Source of the DNA: Marsupella aquatica
Lineage: Eukaryota; Plantae; Marchantiophyta
Length of the DNA: 64,000 bases
Direction of reading: 5' to 3'
NCBI GenBank assembly: GCA_973895155.1
Contig: OZ316891.1
Location: 21,961,168-22,025,167 of the forward strand
In this document: positions 11,231 through 25,013 of the stretch, in pieces
How the letters are laid out: each line of letters opens with the position of its first letter
Position numbering within the stretch: position 1 is the stretch's first letter
Translations under genes and position numbers: made by a program
The notes under the pieces: generated by a model
The model's database searches: none
What the model was told of the DNA's origin: nothing
The model's input: the letters and a program-made list of their open reading frames with translations, nothing else

Positions 11231-11519
11231 ACTTAGTTGTTACTTGCGAAGCTATAATAATTAAATTAATTTAGATAGTTACTTACCTAGTTTTTATGTA
11301 AATAGTCGACACTCATTCAAACATACTAACTTACGTACTAGTTATTTACTATTCTAATAGTTTTAATGTGAGACCATGTCATTGAGTGTTAGTTATACTA
11401 TCTCCTCATTTTCTAAACTTTTGATCATTATGAATATGAATGTTTGCTTTTTTGCATAATTAAAAATATTTTTCTATTCATTCCTTTCTTTTAAATGATT
11501 ATAATAAGATTTGGTAGGA

Positions 11520-11845
11520 AAATATACACTTTTTAGGCCAAATGTACACTTTGTTGCACTCAAAGTTACACTTTCTAGACCAACTACACTTAAATGTACA
11601 CTTTTTAAGCCAAATGTATGTTTCTTTCACTCAAATGTACACTTTCTAGGCCAAATGTACTAAAATGTACACTTTTAGAGCCAAATATACCTATTTTGAT
11701 GTTCAAATATACACTTTTTATTGCCCAAATGTACACTCTTTAGGCCAATTGTACACTTTTCTATCCCCAAATGTACACTTTTCATTGGCCAAATGTACAC
11801 TTTTCCTCGCCCAAAAGTACACTTTTCATTGCCCAAATGTACATA
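11520..11845. repeat. Tandem array of a ~20-bp unit CCAAATGTACACTTTT (~15 copies), probable subterminal repeat
   Basis: Repeated AAATGTACACTTT core with palindromic TGTACA, directly after the transposase 3' region. Confidence 0.85.
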
Positions 11846-12677
11846 AATCAAATAATAATACACTTTTAATGAATAGGCTGATTTTACCCAACCTGTTCTG
11901 TCCCAGCTGCAGGAGTTGGTCGCCTAGTAAGGGTGGGCCTGCCCTCTCCCACTCTGGCTCCCGCTGTTCGGAATCCCCGTGTAAATCTCTTAACTTCCAA
12001 GTATTTCCAGTCCGTTCCAATCAGTTCCGTTGCCTCCTAATCGTTGCTTTAAAGGTAAGGCAGGAGCAAAACACACTCATTAGGGCGTCTCAAATATGAG
12101 ATTTTGTGGGCACGGTCAGCAGCCGTAACATGTAAGTTACGGGTTAAGAGTGAGAAAGTTATGGACTGCCATTTTTGGCAGTCGATAACTTTGTTACGGA
12201 CGGCGACGGTAACCCGACACCGTAGAGCACAGGTCCGTAACGGCTTGACGGTCCCGTCTGAAGAACAGGGTCGGGCTGAACTGGGAATCTGCAGGGATGG
12301 GAGAGCATTTTCTGGGAGACTCACGGATTGCAGAGTGACGAGCATTGCACGAGGATGACAAGAATTGCAGACGACGATGAGGCAACGACGAGGGCGACGA
12401 GGCGACGACGAGCATTGCACGAGAGGACATCACACCTTTGTGCGTGGACAAGACGAGGCTGAACGTGCTAGGAGGTCCAACAAGGGGACGACAACTTTGC
12501 AGCTTATTGTCACAAACCTCCACTCAGGCAGGAACCAGAGCAGCTTGGTCCCATTTCCGCAATGCGTTGCCACATAGGAATCCACTTGAATTAAGGGCAA
12601 GGTCTTGGGTCTGTCTCAACTCCCTCGTCGAGAGCTAACCCCTAATTTCTGCCAGGTGTGTTGTTTTTCCAGGAGCC

Positions 12678-13217
12678 ATGGATGAATGGACGTCACTTGC
12701 ATTTGTGGAGGAGAATAGGATTGCTGGAAATTCTCTCACTTTTTCGCCAGCACTTGTTTTCCCAGGAAATTTTGTTGCCACGAATCCCTTCCCTAGGAAA
12801 TTTACATATTCTTCATGCCGTGCATGTTTGAAGTCCGTAGAGTTTGGTCAAAAATGTCACCATACTGTGCTTGCACAAATATCATTTCGATTTCAACTAA
12901 TTTTGTATGATGCATTCCATGGTGGGGTGTGTCCTGTGCGTGCCCAGATGTGGGACACTGCTTCTACCTTTCTAGGTTGCTCTCCATTTGAGTTTAGTGC
13001 ATACTCTAAAGCAGAGCAGCTATACCGAGTCCATTCATTATCCCAGATAGCCCCAAAGCTCAAAGTCACCCTCCATGTCAGTGAATTTGAGCTAAAAATC
13101 GTGCATCTTGTCTTCATTGATGCTAGGCCAAGCATTCCAATTCCCTCTTCAGTGAGAGGGCTTGTCACTCCTGAACGCCCAATTCATGTACCACAGGGGA
13201 GTTCAAGTGCAGCATAG
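12678..13217 (+). CDS. RPA1 C-terminal-like OB-fold/Zn-ribbon protein (cargo of the Harbinger element)
   Basis: 179-aa ORF with YSSCRACLKSV...KCHH...FRFQLILYDA...AQMWDTASTFLGCSPFEF, resembling the RPA70 DBD-C pattern (Y.AC..C.KKV...RY.l...D....FD..a..llG.sa.e). Confidence 0.55.
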   Translation: MDEWTSLAFVEENRIAGNSLTFSPALVFPGNFVATNPFPRKFTYSSCRACLKSVEFGQKCHHTVLAQISFRFQLILYDAFHGGVCPVRAQMWDTASTFLGCSPFEFSAYSKAEQLYRVHSLSQIAPKLKVTLHVSEFELKIVHLVFIDARPSIPIPSSVRGLVTPERPIHVPQGSSSAA

Positions 13218-13449
13218 GGTAGCACTCCTGTGAAGAACAAGAGCGCTAAGAAACTTCTGACCGAACTAATCCAGTCTTTGAGAGACACAGACCTTTCAGA
13301 TTAGGGTAGGATCCTAGGTTTAGGCCTTGGCAATGACTGTTATGCAATGTCCTGCCCGATTGTGGTCAATATTTTTGAGTAAATGTTCAAATGTGTTCAA
13401 TAAAATTTACATGCGTTGCTTCCGTGTATGACTTAAGCTGCAGGTCAAC

Positions 13450-14932
13450 ATGCCTCGAATTTCAGACCGTCAACACTCACTATGTTTTGTGCGGAGGACT
13501 CTTGAATTCAACATTGCTTTAGAATCTTCTGGTAGTGAGCAGGACTCCGATGACTCCCTATCATCGTTGTCCTCTGGTTTTGAGATGGACATGACTATCT
13601 CAGACAGTGATACTGATGGAGCTTTCGAGGACTCAGATTCGGACTATGACTTTGACTTGTTTGAGCTAGAGGGTCATCCTAGTGAATTGCTAGCTCGAGT
13701 TGTATTTTGTTATGCACCACACTCGATACTTTGTTGGGCGTGATGTGGTGCAGAAGTCCAAGGATTTTGTCCGTAATTACTTTGATGGGCTTGGCCTTGT
13801 ATTCAGACAGATGGTGGCATGGAGAAGAGTACCTTCTTTTACTTGGTGGAATTAGTTGAGAACGATCCTATCTTTGTGAACAAGTCATGGCATGATCAAG
13901 CACCAATTGAATGGCAATTGGCTGTCACTTTAGATCATTTTGGCCAGAACGGAAATGGGGCATGTCTAAATCACATGATACCAACATGGGGGATCAGCAA
14001 TGGATCATTGGTGAACTTCACCAAGCAATGTTTGGTTGCACTAGAGGCAGCATTGTGCCAATACCTACAATGGCCAAAAGCTGTTGAACGTCATGAAATC
14101 CAGCAGGAGTTTGCAAAATTGGGGTTTCCAGACTGTATTGGTTTGATTGATGGATCTACTTTGCCTCTTGCACAGCGTCCAGCAATTGCTGGTGAATGTT
14201 ATTTTGATAGGAAATCAAGATATTCAATTAATGCTCAGGTGGTATGTGATCATCGAAGGAAAATCTTGTTCCTATTCACTGGTAAGGCTTGAAGTTGTTG
14301 CTGCATTTGTGAATGATTGTATTTGAAGCTTTTCATACTGTCATACATTCCTAATTGAATGTGCTTCTTTTGGTGTTGTCTCGTATCCAGGGATGCCTGG
14401 AACGTGCTCTGATTTGGTGTGCTTGAAGAAGTCACCCTTGTGGTTGTGGGTGAACAATGGAACCGGATTTACAAATGGGCAGTACTTGTTAGGAGATTCT
14501 GGTTATGTAGCCCTCCCGCACATGGCTGCTGCATACAAGAGAGCAGACACCAGTGTACACAAAGAGGACTTCAACTCTTGTGTTGCAAAGTGTAGGGTCA
14601 CCAATGAGCACTGCATTGGTGTGCTCAAATCCCGTTGGTACTCTTTGAGGGAGCTGCGAACTCAATTGAACTTGAAGAAGGACAATGTGTTTATGATCCG
14701 CTTAATTGGGGTATGTGCAAAGCTACACAACTTTGTTCAAGCACAACATGATGAATGGACCGACTTAGACTCCCCTATGGAGATAGATCGGGAGATTCCA
14801 GGGCTGGGCGAAGATCATCCATTGCATGGGCCCCAATTGGCCGGTGTAATGCTGCAAGCTAGAGTGATGAGCCATGCTTTGGCTTTCCATAGGGCACCAG
14901 GTGGAGTCCTCCATAGAGACGTTAATAGATGA
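13450..14932 (+). pseudogene. Harbinger-type DDE transposase (frameshifted N-terminus)
   Basis: GFPDCIGLIDGS, YFDRKSRYSINAQVVCD, intron 14282-14390 (G|GTAAGG...CAG|GG), MPGTCSD, YLLGDSGY, RVTNEHCIGVLKSRW. Frame breaks around 13720-13818. Confidence 0.88.
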
Positions 14933-16726
14933 TACCTTAAATAGATTCAGAATTACATCAGGCTTTACAAAATGTACACTCAGGCTGCTAGTCAGTGAGT
15001 TCAGTGCAGTTTTCCAGCTTGTAATAATTATATGAAACTCACCTAAGGGTTTTTCCGTGTACAAATGACCCATGCATTGAATGTGAGTACAATATGATTA
15101 TTTGGATGCCATACAGTGATCTGTTCATTGTGTTTGCCTAAAATGGACTTCAGAACAATAAATTTACAACTGACTTTGAACCATTCGAACCATTCTTTAT
15201 CCTGACACGACATTTCCGAACTCAAAAGGTCTCCAGGAAAAAAAGAGCAGGGTATCGCTTTACTCAAAATTTCTCAAATTATAGGGAGCTTACAAAATTG
15301 ACACATAGTGTCATAGTTCCAATAGATTATGCTCTCCTACTATCGAGAGTAGTCGACTACTGATCGAGGATCGACTACTAAGGATCGAGTACCGAGTATG
15401 AACGTCTTAGTCTTGACTATTGAGGATCGACTACTGAGGTTTGGCTACCATCGAGCTCTCCTCTCAGAAATGCCAACATGCATATTTGCCCTTACAAACT
15501 TGCTACGTACTGGCCCGAGCTCCACTATCGACTACTTTAGGGTGAGGGATACTTCCATCTATACTCATTGTATAGCATCCCATCCCCAGAGCTACCGTCG
15601 CTATCATGTTGACCTTCCCGAGCTTCCTTCTCTCGCTCCAGTTCCATGTCCCGAGCACGAGTTGCTCTCTTCCTCTTACAAACCCATTTTCGTCGGGATG
15701 TGAACTTGAGGGGTTGTGGTGCGGGTGAGCTTGTAATCTCCTTGGCATCATCAATCTTGATACCAATGTTTGATCCATGTTTGGGAGACTCTGTAGAGTC
15801 AGACGAAAGTTCGATCACCTCCTTCCCACCATTGCAGACTACATGTACCTGCTTAGGAATGCTGGCAACACCAGCTTCTGTGCGAGCTTCAGCACCCTGT
15901 GTACTTTTCGGAGGCATTGCTCCTACACAACTCGAACACAATCCTGCACAATTGGAGCAAGCAGGATGTCAATGCGGACCATGAACGCAACATTGCATTG
16001 ATAAGGACCACAAGTAAACCTTCACCGTGGAAGTTAGCACAAGCAACGCATTGTCTAGAAAAGCGAAACCTGGCTAGAAATGTCGATAGAATCCCGTTGG
16101 AAGCAAAGCAATGAGAGCACCGTAGTTCACAGTCCCACTTCAAAATTTTGAGCTCCCCTGTCAAATGAAGAGTGTGGCCGAGAGTGGAGGTAACATAAGC
16201 GCCACCTCCTTGCATCCAATTCTCATGATGAGCCGAGCATTAATGAAACCTATCTCATGGGAACAAAGTACCACGTAAAGGGCTCACTCATGTGAGCTCA
16301 AAGTGTCACATGAAAAAATGTGCTACACGTAAACTGAGGTCAGTTGTCTATACTGCTCCATGATTACAATGACGTGACTTGCCCCTTATGGATATTGACA
16401 TATACCGGTGAGCAATAAATCAAATGAGGTGAGTAAGCCAAAAAATTCCAAAGACGCTTAATGTGCATTCAAATATTTTCCAAAGCATGCCTTTGACTCA
16501 TTCAGAACTGACTAATGGAAGCTTAAACCATTGAATTCACACCATGAAACCACTCAATCATACCCATTCAAAACAACTGAATTTTTATTGGTGAAATTTT
16601 CAGCAAGGTACTGAACGTACTTTATACAAAAATTTCCCCCAAGTACCAAAGGAGAAAAGTAATACTCTATTAATAATATGAATACTACTCATGAAAATTA
16701 GAAGTTTCACCATGTCTACTACTAGC

Positions 16727-18330
16727 TCACTGGGCCGGAGGCTGATCAACATCATCAATGACCTTCATCAAGCCTAGAATCTGCTCTTCCAATTTATCTG
16801 AGCAAAACAGCTGTAGTAACAATTGAGTCTTATGTTCAGCTCTAATCATTGACATTTGATGTTCTCTCTCCACCACAGCTCTTTTCACTAATTCTGCGTC
16901 AACTCGAAGGCTATGTCTCCTAGCAATACGCTCCCTCCGTTCTGCTTCTACAGCTGCTTCCATCCGAGCTTCTCGCCTATCTCTCAATTCTGCCTCCTTC
17001 CAGTTTCTTTTGGACTCAACCATTGATCTCATGTAATTAGCTTTTTGACCCAACTTCTCAGAATAGACAGCAGCAGAGTGTGAAGGAGCAGCATTGGTAG
17101 GACTTGGGCAAGCATCAGGTGCAGGAAAATTGCGTGAAGCAGCAGCAGGATGTCCATCATGGACAGATGGAGCAGGAATACTATGAGGAGGCAGTTCTGG
17201 GCCATCAGCTGTAGTCCATGCAAAGCTATCTGTTGTGGCTTGACTAAGGTCACCCTCATAGTTTTCATTCACAAGATCAGTGTAGGTCAGATATTCATTC
17301 CAGTTCAGCTCGGTTGCCTCCACCTCTCCATCGCTCTCTGCAAACCATAATTAGAAATTAGAAATTGGTTTAAACAAAAGAACTACAAAATATGTCCACT
17401 CAGAAGCAATGTACATAACCAACAACAGCTCATACCACTTAGAATTTCCGTTGCAGTGTATTGAGCCTGACTTTCTTCATCAAGGTTCACTGGGTGGCCA
17501 TCTGGTACTGCCTCGGTTGGTTGCACAGAAACATCAATACAATCAGGGCCCATTCCAAAAGATCCAATTGCAGCAGGTGCTACGTTTGGTCGATCACCAT
17601 ACAAGGCATGCATCCTCTAAAAATGGGGGCACGCCTTGTTCAACTTGTCCTCAATGGACATTCCTGCAGCAATCTCAGCTTCGTTGAGCCCTACCCCACT
17701 GTCTGTCTTCAATGCAAGCGCCTCTTTGAATCGCTTAACATATCTCTCGTATCTCTTCCCAAGATTATCCCCTATAGTAATCGCCATAGGAAACCCGTGT
17801 GCTTGCAGAACTACAAGCATCTGCTTGAAAGTAGTCTTCTTGGTAGGGCATTTCCCGTTGATCCTGGTACGATTAATGCTTCCATGGCTGTGCAAAATTG
17901 TTAGGATTTTCCAGCCAATCAAGGATCTTGCTATAATCTTCAACCCTCAATCAAACCTTGTCTCCAGGGAGCAGATGCGTGCTCCTTGCTAGAGCTGGGG
18001 TAGATTGAACTGGACACGAGGATTGAAGGGCCTTTGATTTGCTCGCACATTTGCCATCTCGCGATTGACAGGAACAACAACTTTGATTGAAACAGGAATT
18101 TCAGCAGCTTCCTGCACAGAGCACCTAGCATCCTCTCCAGCACCCTCAGACAAAGCGTCGACAATGGGCCCAGAAATGATCGATGGGGAAACTTTGATTG
18201 AGACCAAAATTTCAGCAGCTTGCTGCACAAAGCGCCCAACTCCCTGAGACAAAGTTGCGAGAATTGGCCCGGAAACAATCCCTCCTAGAGCAATCGGCCC
18301 GATCTGTGGCGGACACTCCCCCATTTTTCT
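16727..18330 (-). pseudogene. Harbinger companion (Myb/SANT-like DNA-binding) gene, fragmented
   Basis: Fragments WLENPNNF, LGKRYERYVKRFKEAL..TDSGVGLNEAE..SIEDKLNKACPHF*RMHALYGDRPNVAP and a coiled-coil C-terminus (16727-17323). It is convergent to the transposase, as is usual for the second Harbinger gene. Stops and frameshifts are present. Confidence 0.7.
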
Positions 18331-20488
18331 CGAAACCAATGACGGTGTGTTGAAGAATCGGGGGGAACGAAGATTCAAAAAACTTCCCAGCCGAGCTTGA
18401 AATCGCAAAACTACACTACATTTTGGAACTTCAGTCGTAGTTTCTCATATAATTTGAAAACGTGTAATTTGGGACCCGGGAGACAATAAAGCAACAGTCA
18501 CACTCGGCGGAAGATTCGGGCCAAACAACGAATATTGAGCAGGGTGTTACGTCCATTTGGACGGCCCGTTATGACTTCCCGCACAGTTACCGTCAGTCAC
18601 AAAATTTACCCCCCAAGCCATAAACGCACTGTAGACACATCCGGTAATGACTATTACGGAATACAGTACCTGCCTGTGTGGGGAAGGATAACTCTCATAT
18701 TTGAGACGCCCTATTAACTCATGTTTTTCCCAAAGAAAATGTGAGTTAAGTACAGTACTCATATTTTCACTGGGGGTTTCACCAGAGGAAACGGGAGGGA
18801 GTTGATAGTGACAGCACGCAGACCTTCCATGTTTTGTTTGATGTATCTTTGTATAGGGCAGATGAAAACAAACATGGAGTATTCTTTGGTTTTCTCGAGG
18901 CAAAAAAAAACAAACAAACATGGAGTAGCTTGTTAGAACCGCATCGATCTTCCTTCTCCATAGTCAGAGTTTTCTGGAACGTGGTCAATCACGGGTGAGT
19001 CAACCATTATTTTTCAACTGAATTCAGGTGAGCTAACATTTGACCTTGGCTTCAACTAATACATGTTTGGAAGAGGCTCAAACTGTCGGTTCAATCACCT
19101 TAAGTCACAAGAGTTAGGACCAAGCTAGACAACTTCTCCAGGCTAAGCACTTTAATTGGGCAAAATGGGGTGGGGGAGACTTTTCAATGAATTTTTTGAT
19201 AATTACAATTCACGGTGTGCACTGGGGTATGAACTCTAACCTGATGGTACATCTATAAATTATGTAAATACTTATCCTCTTTGGGTCTTCATGATGTTGT
19301 TTTTGTGCTATTGGAGTACATTAGTATCCTTGATGTACCAAATGAGTTTCTTAGTCATAATGTTTGGGCCATGCCAACAGTTGCGATTTTCTTAGGTTTT
19401 AGGATGTCCAACACTTCAGGCCTTGCCTGCTATGGAGGGCTTCATATAGTGAGACCCATGAGAGGTCAAATGCACATAAACTTGCAACCTCAACTTTATT
19501 CTCCCTCCTTGCCCACCCAATCTCCCACCCATTTCCTTTCTCTTTCATCCCTGGCCAGATCTGAGCCCAGATTTAAACTTATTGTCTTTTATCTTTTTCT
19601 TCAATTTGATTCAAAAGACCCTAATTTTCTATTTTCAGCTTTTAATTACATTGTCACTAAAGATGTTTAAATTTATAATACTGCCACGGAGCTTTCTGTA
19701 TTTACAAAACTGCCGCGGTTTTGTATATAGCTCCCCTGGATACTGGTGAACTTGTCATTCATATAAAAAATCTTGGCATTTTTATAAATACAAAAAAGAC
19801 AGTGGCAGTAGTATTGTCAATTAATTAGAACATCTTTAGTGGCAAAGTATTTAGAAGTTGTTTCTATTTTTACAGTTAGTATTCTTTTCAAACCAATAAA
19901 TTGATCTTATACTTCATCACACGTGATGTACAGGGTGTGTGAACTATGATTTTTTTGTGGAAGTCAAGCGGAAGTGAGACTCTTAAGATAGAGTTATGGG
20001 TGGGAAGCAATGGAAGCCGTTCAATGGAAACTTAAGCTGCCTCTTTGCACCAGAGCATTGAATTTGCTAATCGGTTCCAATCCTATCACCCTCTTAATTA
20101 CCAAGCTGCATCCTTGTGCCCTCCAGACAAGCCTCCAGATCTTTGGGAGTTTCACTTCCATAGAATCGACACATCACGGGCAACAAAGAATACAATAATT
20201 TTACTGGTTTTAAGGGAAGATTTAGAAATTCTTGTAGAAGAACTGTATGGTCTTTACGTTAGTTAGTTTTACTCAGTAGTTTTAAGAAAAGAGTTAAAAA
20301 TTCTTGTGGAAGAACTAAGTTATGGTCTTTTAAATCCAGTTTGGAATCTTGTAAGAACATTAGGGTACTTTTAAATAAATCAAAAGTTTAGAATATTCCA
20401 TGAATATTCTAACTTTATAGGGTTCAAAAATTAAAAACAAATCTTACATTTTAGGGGGGTGCAGGGCTTAAAAACATCATAGGTGATG

Positions 20489-20781
20489 CCCTGGGGAATC
20501 ACTCGTTGGATTATTAGAACGGGTGCGAACAAATGAAGTTTATTTTTAATTTTGTTGGGCTAATAATTATAATCAAAAACTTATACTTAAGGCATTTAAA
20601 AATCTAATTGTGGTAAAAATATTAATTTTTATAGTCAGCAAGGTATTTATGAATTTGTTAAAATCATATAATTAATAAAGGGTACAAGGGTTTTTTAATT
20701 TATTTTTTAATTTATTTTTTCAAATTTCATTGGTTTGTTCTCACGTGTTTTAGGGGTTTTACTCTAAGTGATTCAGCAGGG
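20489..20781. mobile_element. MITE (CCCTG family), 293 bp
   Basis: Ends CCCTGGGGAATCACT / AGTGATTCAGCAGGG (13/15 inverted match). Perfect 8-bp TSD AGGTGATG at 20481-20488 and 20782-20789. AT-rich interior. Confidence 0.88.
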
Positions 20782-21751
20782 AGGTGATGGGGGGGGGGGG
20801 GCTCGGGGCGGCCTCTATGTAGTGAGACCCCCGAGTTTGGATGGATAGAAACTCATCACGGTTTTAGGCATTTACTCTTCAAGGTATAGGGTTACTATGT
20901 AACTATAATTGAGCAAAGACAACATTCAAAATAACATGTCCATGAACATCTAACAAACAAGTATTCATTGATACAGAGAGATACATGGTTCACCTTAGCT
21001 GAGGCTCTGTCCATGGGAACACACAAGAGTTTATTGCACTCTTGAATGATCCGTCGTTCATAACAAGTCTTTGCAACACAATCTTGAGTCCTTATCTCTC
21101 AATTGACTCCTTAACAATGAAAGCCTAAGTTCTTCTTATCCAAGCAAACTAACCTATCCAAGTTTGAGAAATACTTAGCCCTAGTCATGGCTGGAGTCAT
21201 AAGGTCCGAGGTTGTATCTCTAGACCTAAGACTGAGCAAATGCCTAACAGTGACCACAATTAGTCCAACCATAGTCAGATGCTTGCTTAATAAGGTTAGA
21301 TGTGCTACTACTATCTTCACAAGCAGGATTATCTTAATTAGTTTAATTACAATACTTAGTGAATGGAACTTAGTTAGATTTATTCTTATAGAGCCCTGGG
21401 GGGTGAAAACAGATGTAGATGAGAGAAAAATATGTTGAGGTGAGGAAACCAATTAGTCTAGAGAAAGATGTTGAGGTCAGTGTCCACTGCTGTAACATGT
21501 GGTAAGATGTGTGTATAATGTGATAAATGTGGAGACAAGCCTGCAAGGAGAATAATTTCTTGATTGAACCAGAAGAAAATCTTTTTTATTAACCTACAGT
21601 CAGATCTTGCTCGGACCCCGTTTTTCCCATTTTTGAACTGACAAAGATGAGAAAGGGCCGGTCAACTGAGTATCATAATAGTAGTTAGATGTGCAAAGCA
21701 CAACATATATGGGGCCTGTTAGTGTAAGTTAGTAACCATGGTGACGAGGGT

Positions 21752-21997
21752 GCTTCTTATCCTCCATCTTGGTGGGTGTACACTACTCTCCCAAACCACA
21801 GAGATAAGGTGGTATGCCATAGAGTAAGTGTAGTAGGACATTTGCTCAGAGAATGATTAATATGTAATTAAAAAGCTTCTTAGATCCTCCATCTTGGTGG
21901 GTGTACACTACTCTCCCAAACCACAGAGGTAAGGTGGTATGCCATAGAGTAAGTGTAGTAGGACATTTGCTCAGAGAATAATTATGTAATTAAAAAA
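21752..21997. repeat. ~125-bp tandem duplication
   Basis: ATCCTCCATCTTGGTGGGTGTACAC...TGTAATTAAAAA occurs twice. Confidence 0.9.
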
Positions 21998-24900
21998 GTT
22001 AGCACGTACCACCCGCACTATTGCAAGCACATTGATTCCAAAACATAGGGCTTGAAAAATACACTGGCCTGTTACTTAGTGAAGAGAGTAAATTCTGCAC
22101 TTGACAACCTGAAAGTGTATATAGGAGGTCCTCATCTAATTTGGAGGTATTCTCATTAATTATTGCGGGTGGAATCAGCCACGCCAGACTAGTCTTTCAC
22201 GCGATCGGGCACTTCACGTAAACTAACTCAATTCGCAGAACTGAGCAGCACTCGAGCCCTTCCAGCGATTCTTGTGGGATGGGTTGCTGTATCATTCTGT
22301 GAGAACGTTGCTGGTACGATCTATCGACCATGTCTGCATTGCATTTGGAGATGTCCCAATCCGGAGTGATGCTCGCTCAGTCGGGGTCTTAATTCCGGCC
22401 ATTAACCTGAATCAATGGCTGTTTTGCTGGATGAACACGTCCTCGATCTCGAATTCTCACTTCAGCGAAGACGCCACATTCTGAAGTCTGATCGAACATG
22501 CAGCACGTCATTAACGTCAGGAACTGATTTAGTTAAATCGAAATTCGGGGTCGAGTGGTGAAGGCGCTCGATCTAGATAAATGGAAGCCGATGAGCAAAT
22601 CGTGAGATTGGATCGAGCTCGACTGAGGCGGTGGTTCGATCACAGTATATATTCAGGGAAGCCACGTACTCAGTAGTTCGAGGTAGGATTTTCACCTAGT
22701 AGCTGTACGTGTACAAACACATTACAGGGTTCTTAGTTTAGTTATCGATCTCCATCCATTGTTGTGATCGAATAAAGTCTGACTTGGCCTGAGGAAATGA
22801 ATGAATGATCGAGTCATTGACCTCTGAATATCGAATATATGCTGCATTCAATTCATTTAGTGTGATCGAGTTAAGTGTGAACGTGGCCCGACGGAGCAAA
22901 TGTGAGTTGATGAGTGACCTATGAGTTTCGTATCATTATGCTGCATAGATATAGATATAGCTTCAATGAATGGTAAAGAAGTTCTGTCCTAAAGAAAGGG
23001 TTTAGATCATCTGGACTACTATAGCTTCGTCCCAATTGATAGTCTCCAACTGGTTTCCCTTCCTCCAATGTTTGCCCCAGAGTCACGGTCTAGCTCGGTT
23101 GACCTGAACTCTATAAACCTTCATTTCGCTACGTAGATTACACAGAGCGCTCCTCGTTCTTGGCCAGCCACCATAACATTTCTGATGCAGTAGCGGTCCT
23201 ATGAATTTTGTTGAATTTATTGCTGTAGTATTGCTGATACTAGAGTTGTCCTTCCTCTCCCACTTTAGATGCACAATAGTTTTGCTGATATGAGAGTTGT
23301 CCTTCCTATCCCGCTGTCGATGCAAAATATTATTGCTGGCATAAGAGTTGTCCTTCCCACTGTAGATGCAAAGCGATGCTCAAAAACAAGCTTACGAGAT
23401 AGAATTATATTAAATACAAACTCACAGAAGCTAATAAGAGTTCAGGTGGGTAAAGAAATCTAGATTACATTATTAGAAATATGTGTTTTTCATTACTTAT
23501 CACAACTGTGGCCATCATTTGTACAAACAGATCACAAGAGTCCTCTACCGTAATCTTAGTCTTTCCGTCAGCTGATATAGACGTGTTGTTGTGAAATCCT
23601 TAAAAAGCCATATTATACTGCTGCATATAATTATGCCCTGTTGGGATTTTGTGTCGATATCATTTCTTTGAAGTCCCCATGTGCGCCTGTCTAGTGTAAC
23701 TCAAGTGAGGCGGCTGGACAGGTTTCTAACAGTCGCGTACGTTCACAACTTACGAAACCCATAAATTGATCGAAGTCACCGCTGTACAGAGGCACAGAGT
23801 CCCTGCCCCCATAAGTTCGTCCACGAGCTTGTCGTCGAATGATCGATGCACATTGTAGATGTGATGAACGCCATCTGCTTAATCTTCTGTTATTAGTCGT
23901 CTACATCTACTAAAGTTGTGTCAATCGGTGAACAGATGCTTATTCCATCGTAATGCCATTTCGTGAACAGTGGAATGGTTTAAGGGCCTGTGTCAAATTT
24001 TCCTCTGACAAGATCTAGTCCTTGATCGATCACCTGCAGTTCATTCGTATATAGTGAACTTGGTAAATTTGGTAGCTTGTCTGATACTACGAGTCTAAAC
24101 TAGCATGAACAGTTGTTCCTAGTCGATGAACCCCGGGCTGCTTGTATGGATCACGATGAACCAGCACGAACAGTTTGTTACTAGTCGATGAACCCGAGGA
24201 TGAACCCCGGGCTGCTCGTTTGGATCACGATAGCTTGGTTGCATGGATCAAAGAAGCCTGTGTGCTTTCTCTTCCATTTGAGGACCTACAAGTGCCATTA
24301 GATTCTTGATGTATTCAACCCACGAATGACATTCCTGAGAGAGAGAGGGGGCGCTCACGTTGAGGGCCACTGCTATGTGGCTGTCTCTTTGCATGCTGAG
24401 TAGAATTTGCTACAATTTTACAGGTAGAGCAGGCTACGTTAGGGGCATGATCAAAGTCATCCCATTCAAACAGCTACTTATGGTTCAGAAGACAATGGAG
24501 CATTTCACATCATGAAGGCAATGTAGTTCAACGTGGAGACGCCCCTGGCCTGGATGAGGTTCTAGGCGCGCGCAGAACGCTCGACTTTGGACGAGCTAGA
24601 GCGAGCTACGCGGTGAGCTATTGACAATGTCACTCAATAGTACTAGCGCCTCGAAAACTATGGCCGAGTTCGCGAAGCAAATTGGAGAGACCGCTGGACT
24701 GGAAAGAATCATACGGTGGATCTTCAGGTTGATCTATTCTCTCGTTAGACTGGAAAGCCTCGGAATATCCAGGACCGCTTCGTTTCAGGAATATCGATCT
24801 CAGCTCTTTTCGTTCCTCTTCGGTGAGTTTAACATAATCTTCAATCACCGCTCAATTATCTGCGTGTCTATAGAAGTTGAGTTTGCGGATTGATTTCTTC

Positions 24901-25013
24901 GACGCTCAATGAATAGCGCCTTAATTACTAATTCTCTGCTTGTACAACAAACGAGTTGATCTGCAGGTTCGCAAATTGTTTGGTTCTGATTCGTTTCTTG
25001 TTGTTGTTCTCAG

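Larger units (their letters stand above)
1..11850. mobile_element. Large DNA transposon (Sola-like/DUF7869-type transposase plus two divergent cargo genes); left end outside window, right end not defined
   Basis: DDD transposase at 6405-11230. One palindromic motif is shared across 1345-7439 and links the three genes. A short-unit tandem array follows the transposase at 11520-11845. No TIR pair or TSD can be verified in the window. Confidence 0.65.
12082..18712. mobile_element. PIF/Harbinger-superfamily (Pangu-like) DNA transposon, 6.6 kb, both ends present
   Basis: TIR AGGGCGTCTCAAATATGAG / CTCATATTTGAGACGCCCT. 3-bp TSD ATT at 12079-12081 and 18713-18715. Contains a DDE_Tnp_4-type transposase and a convergent companion gene. 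Confidence 0.92.

Noticed and set aside
20818-21598. Solo LTR (TGTAG...CTACA)
   Set aside because: Flanks CTCTA and GTCAG do not form a TSD, and there is no PBS, PPT or coding support.
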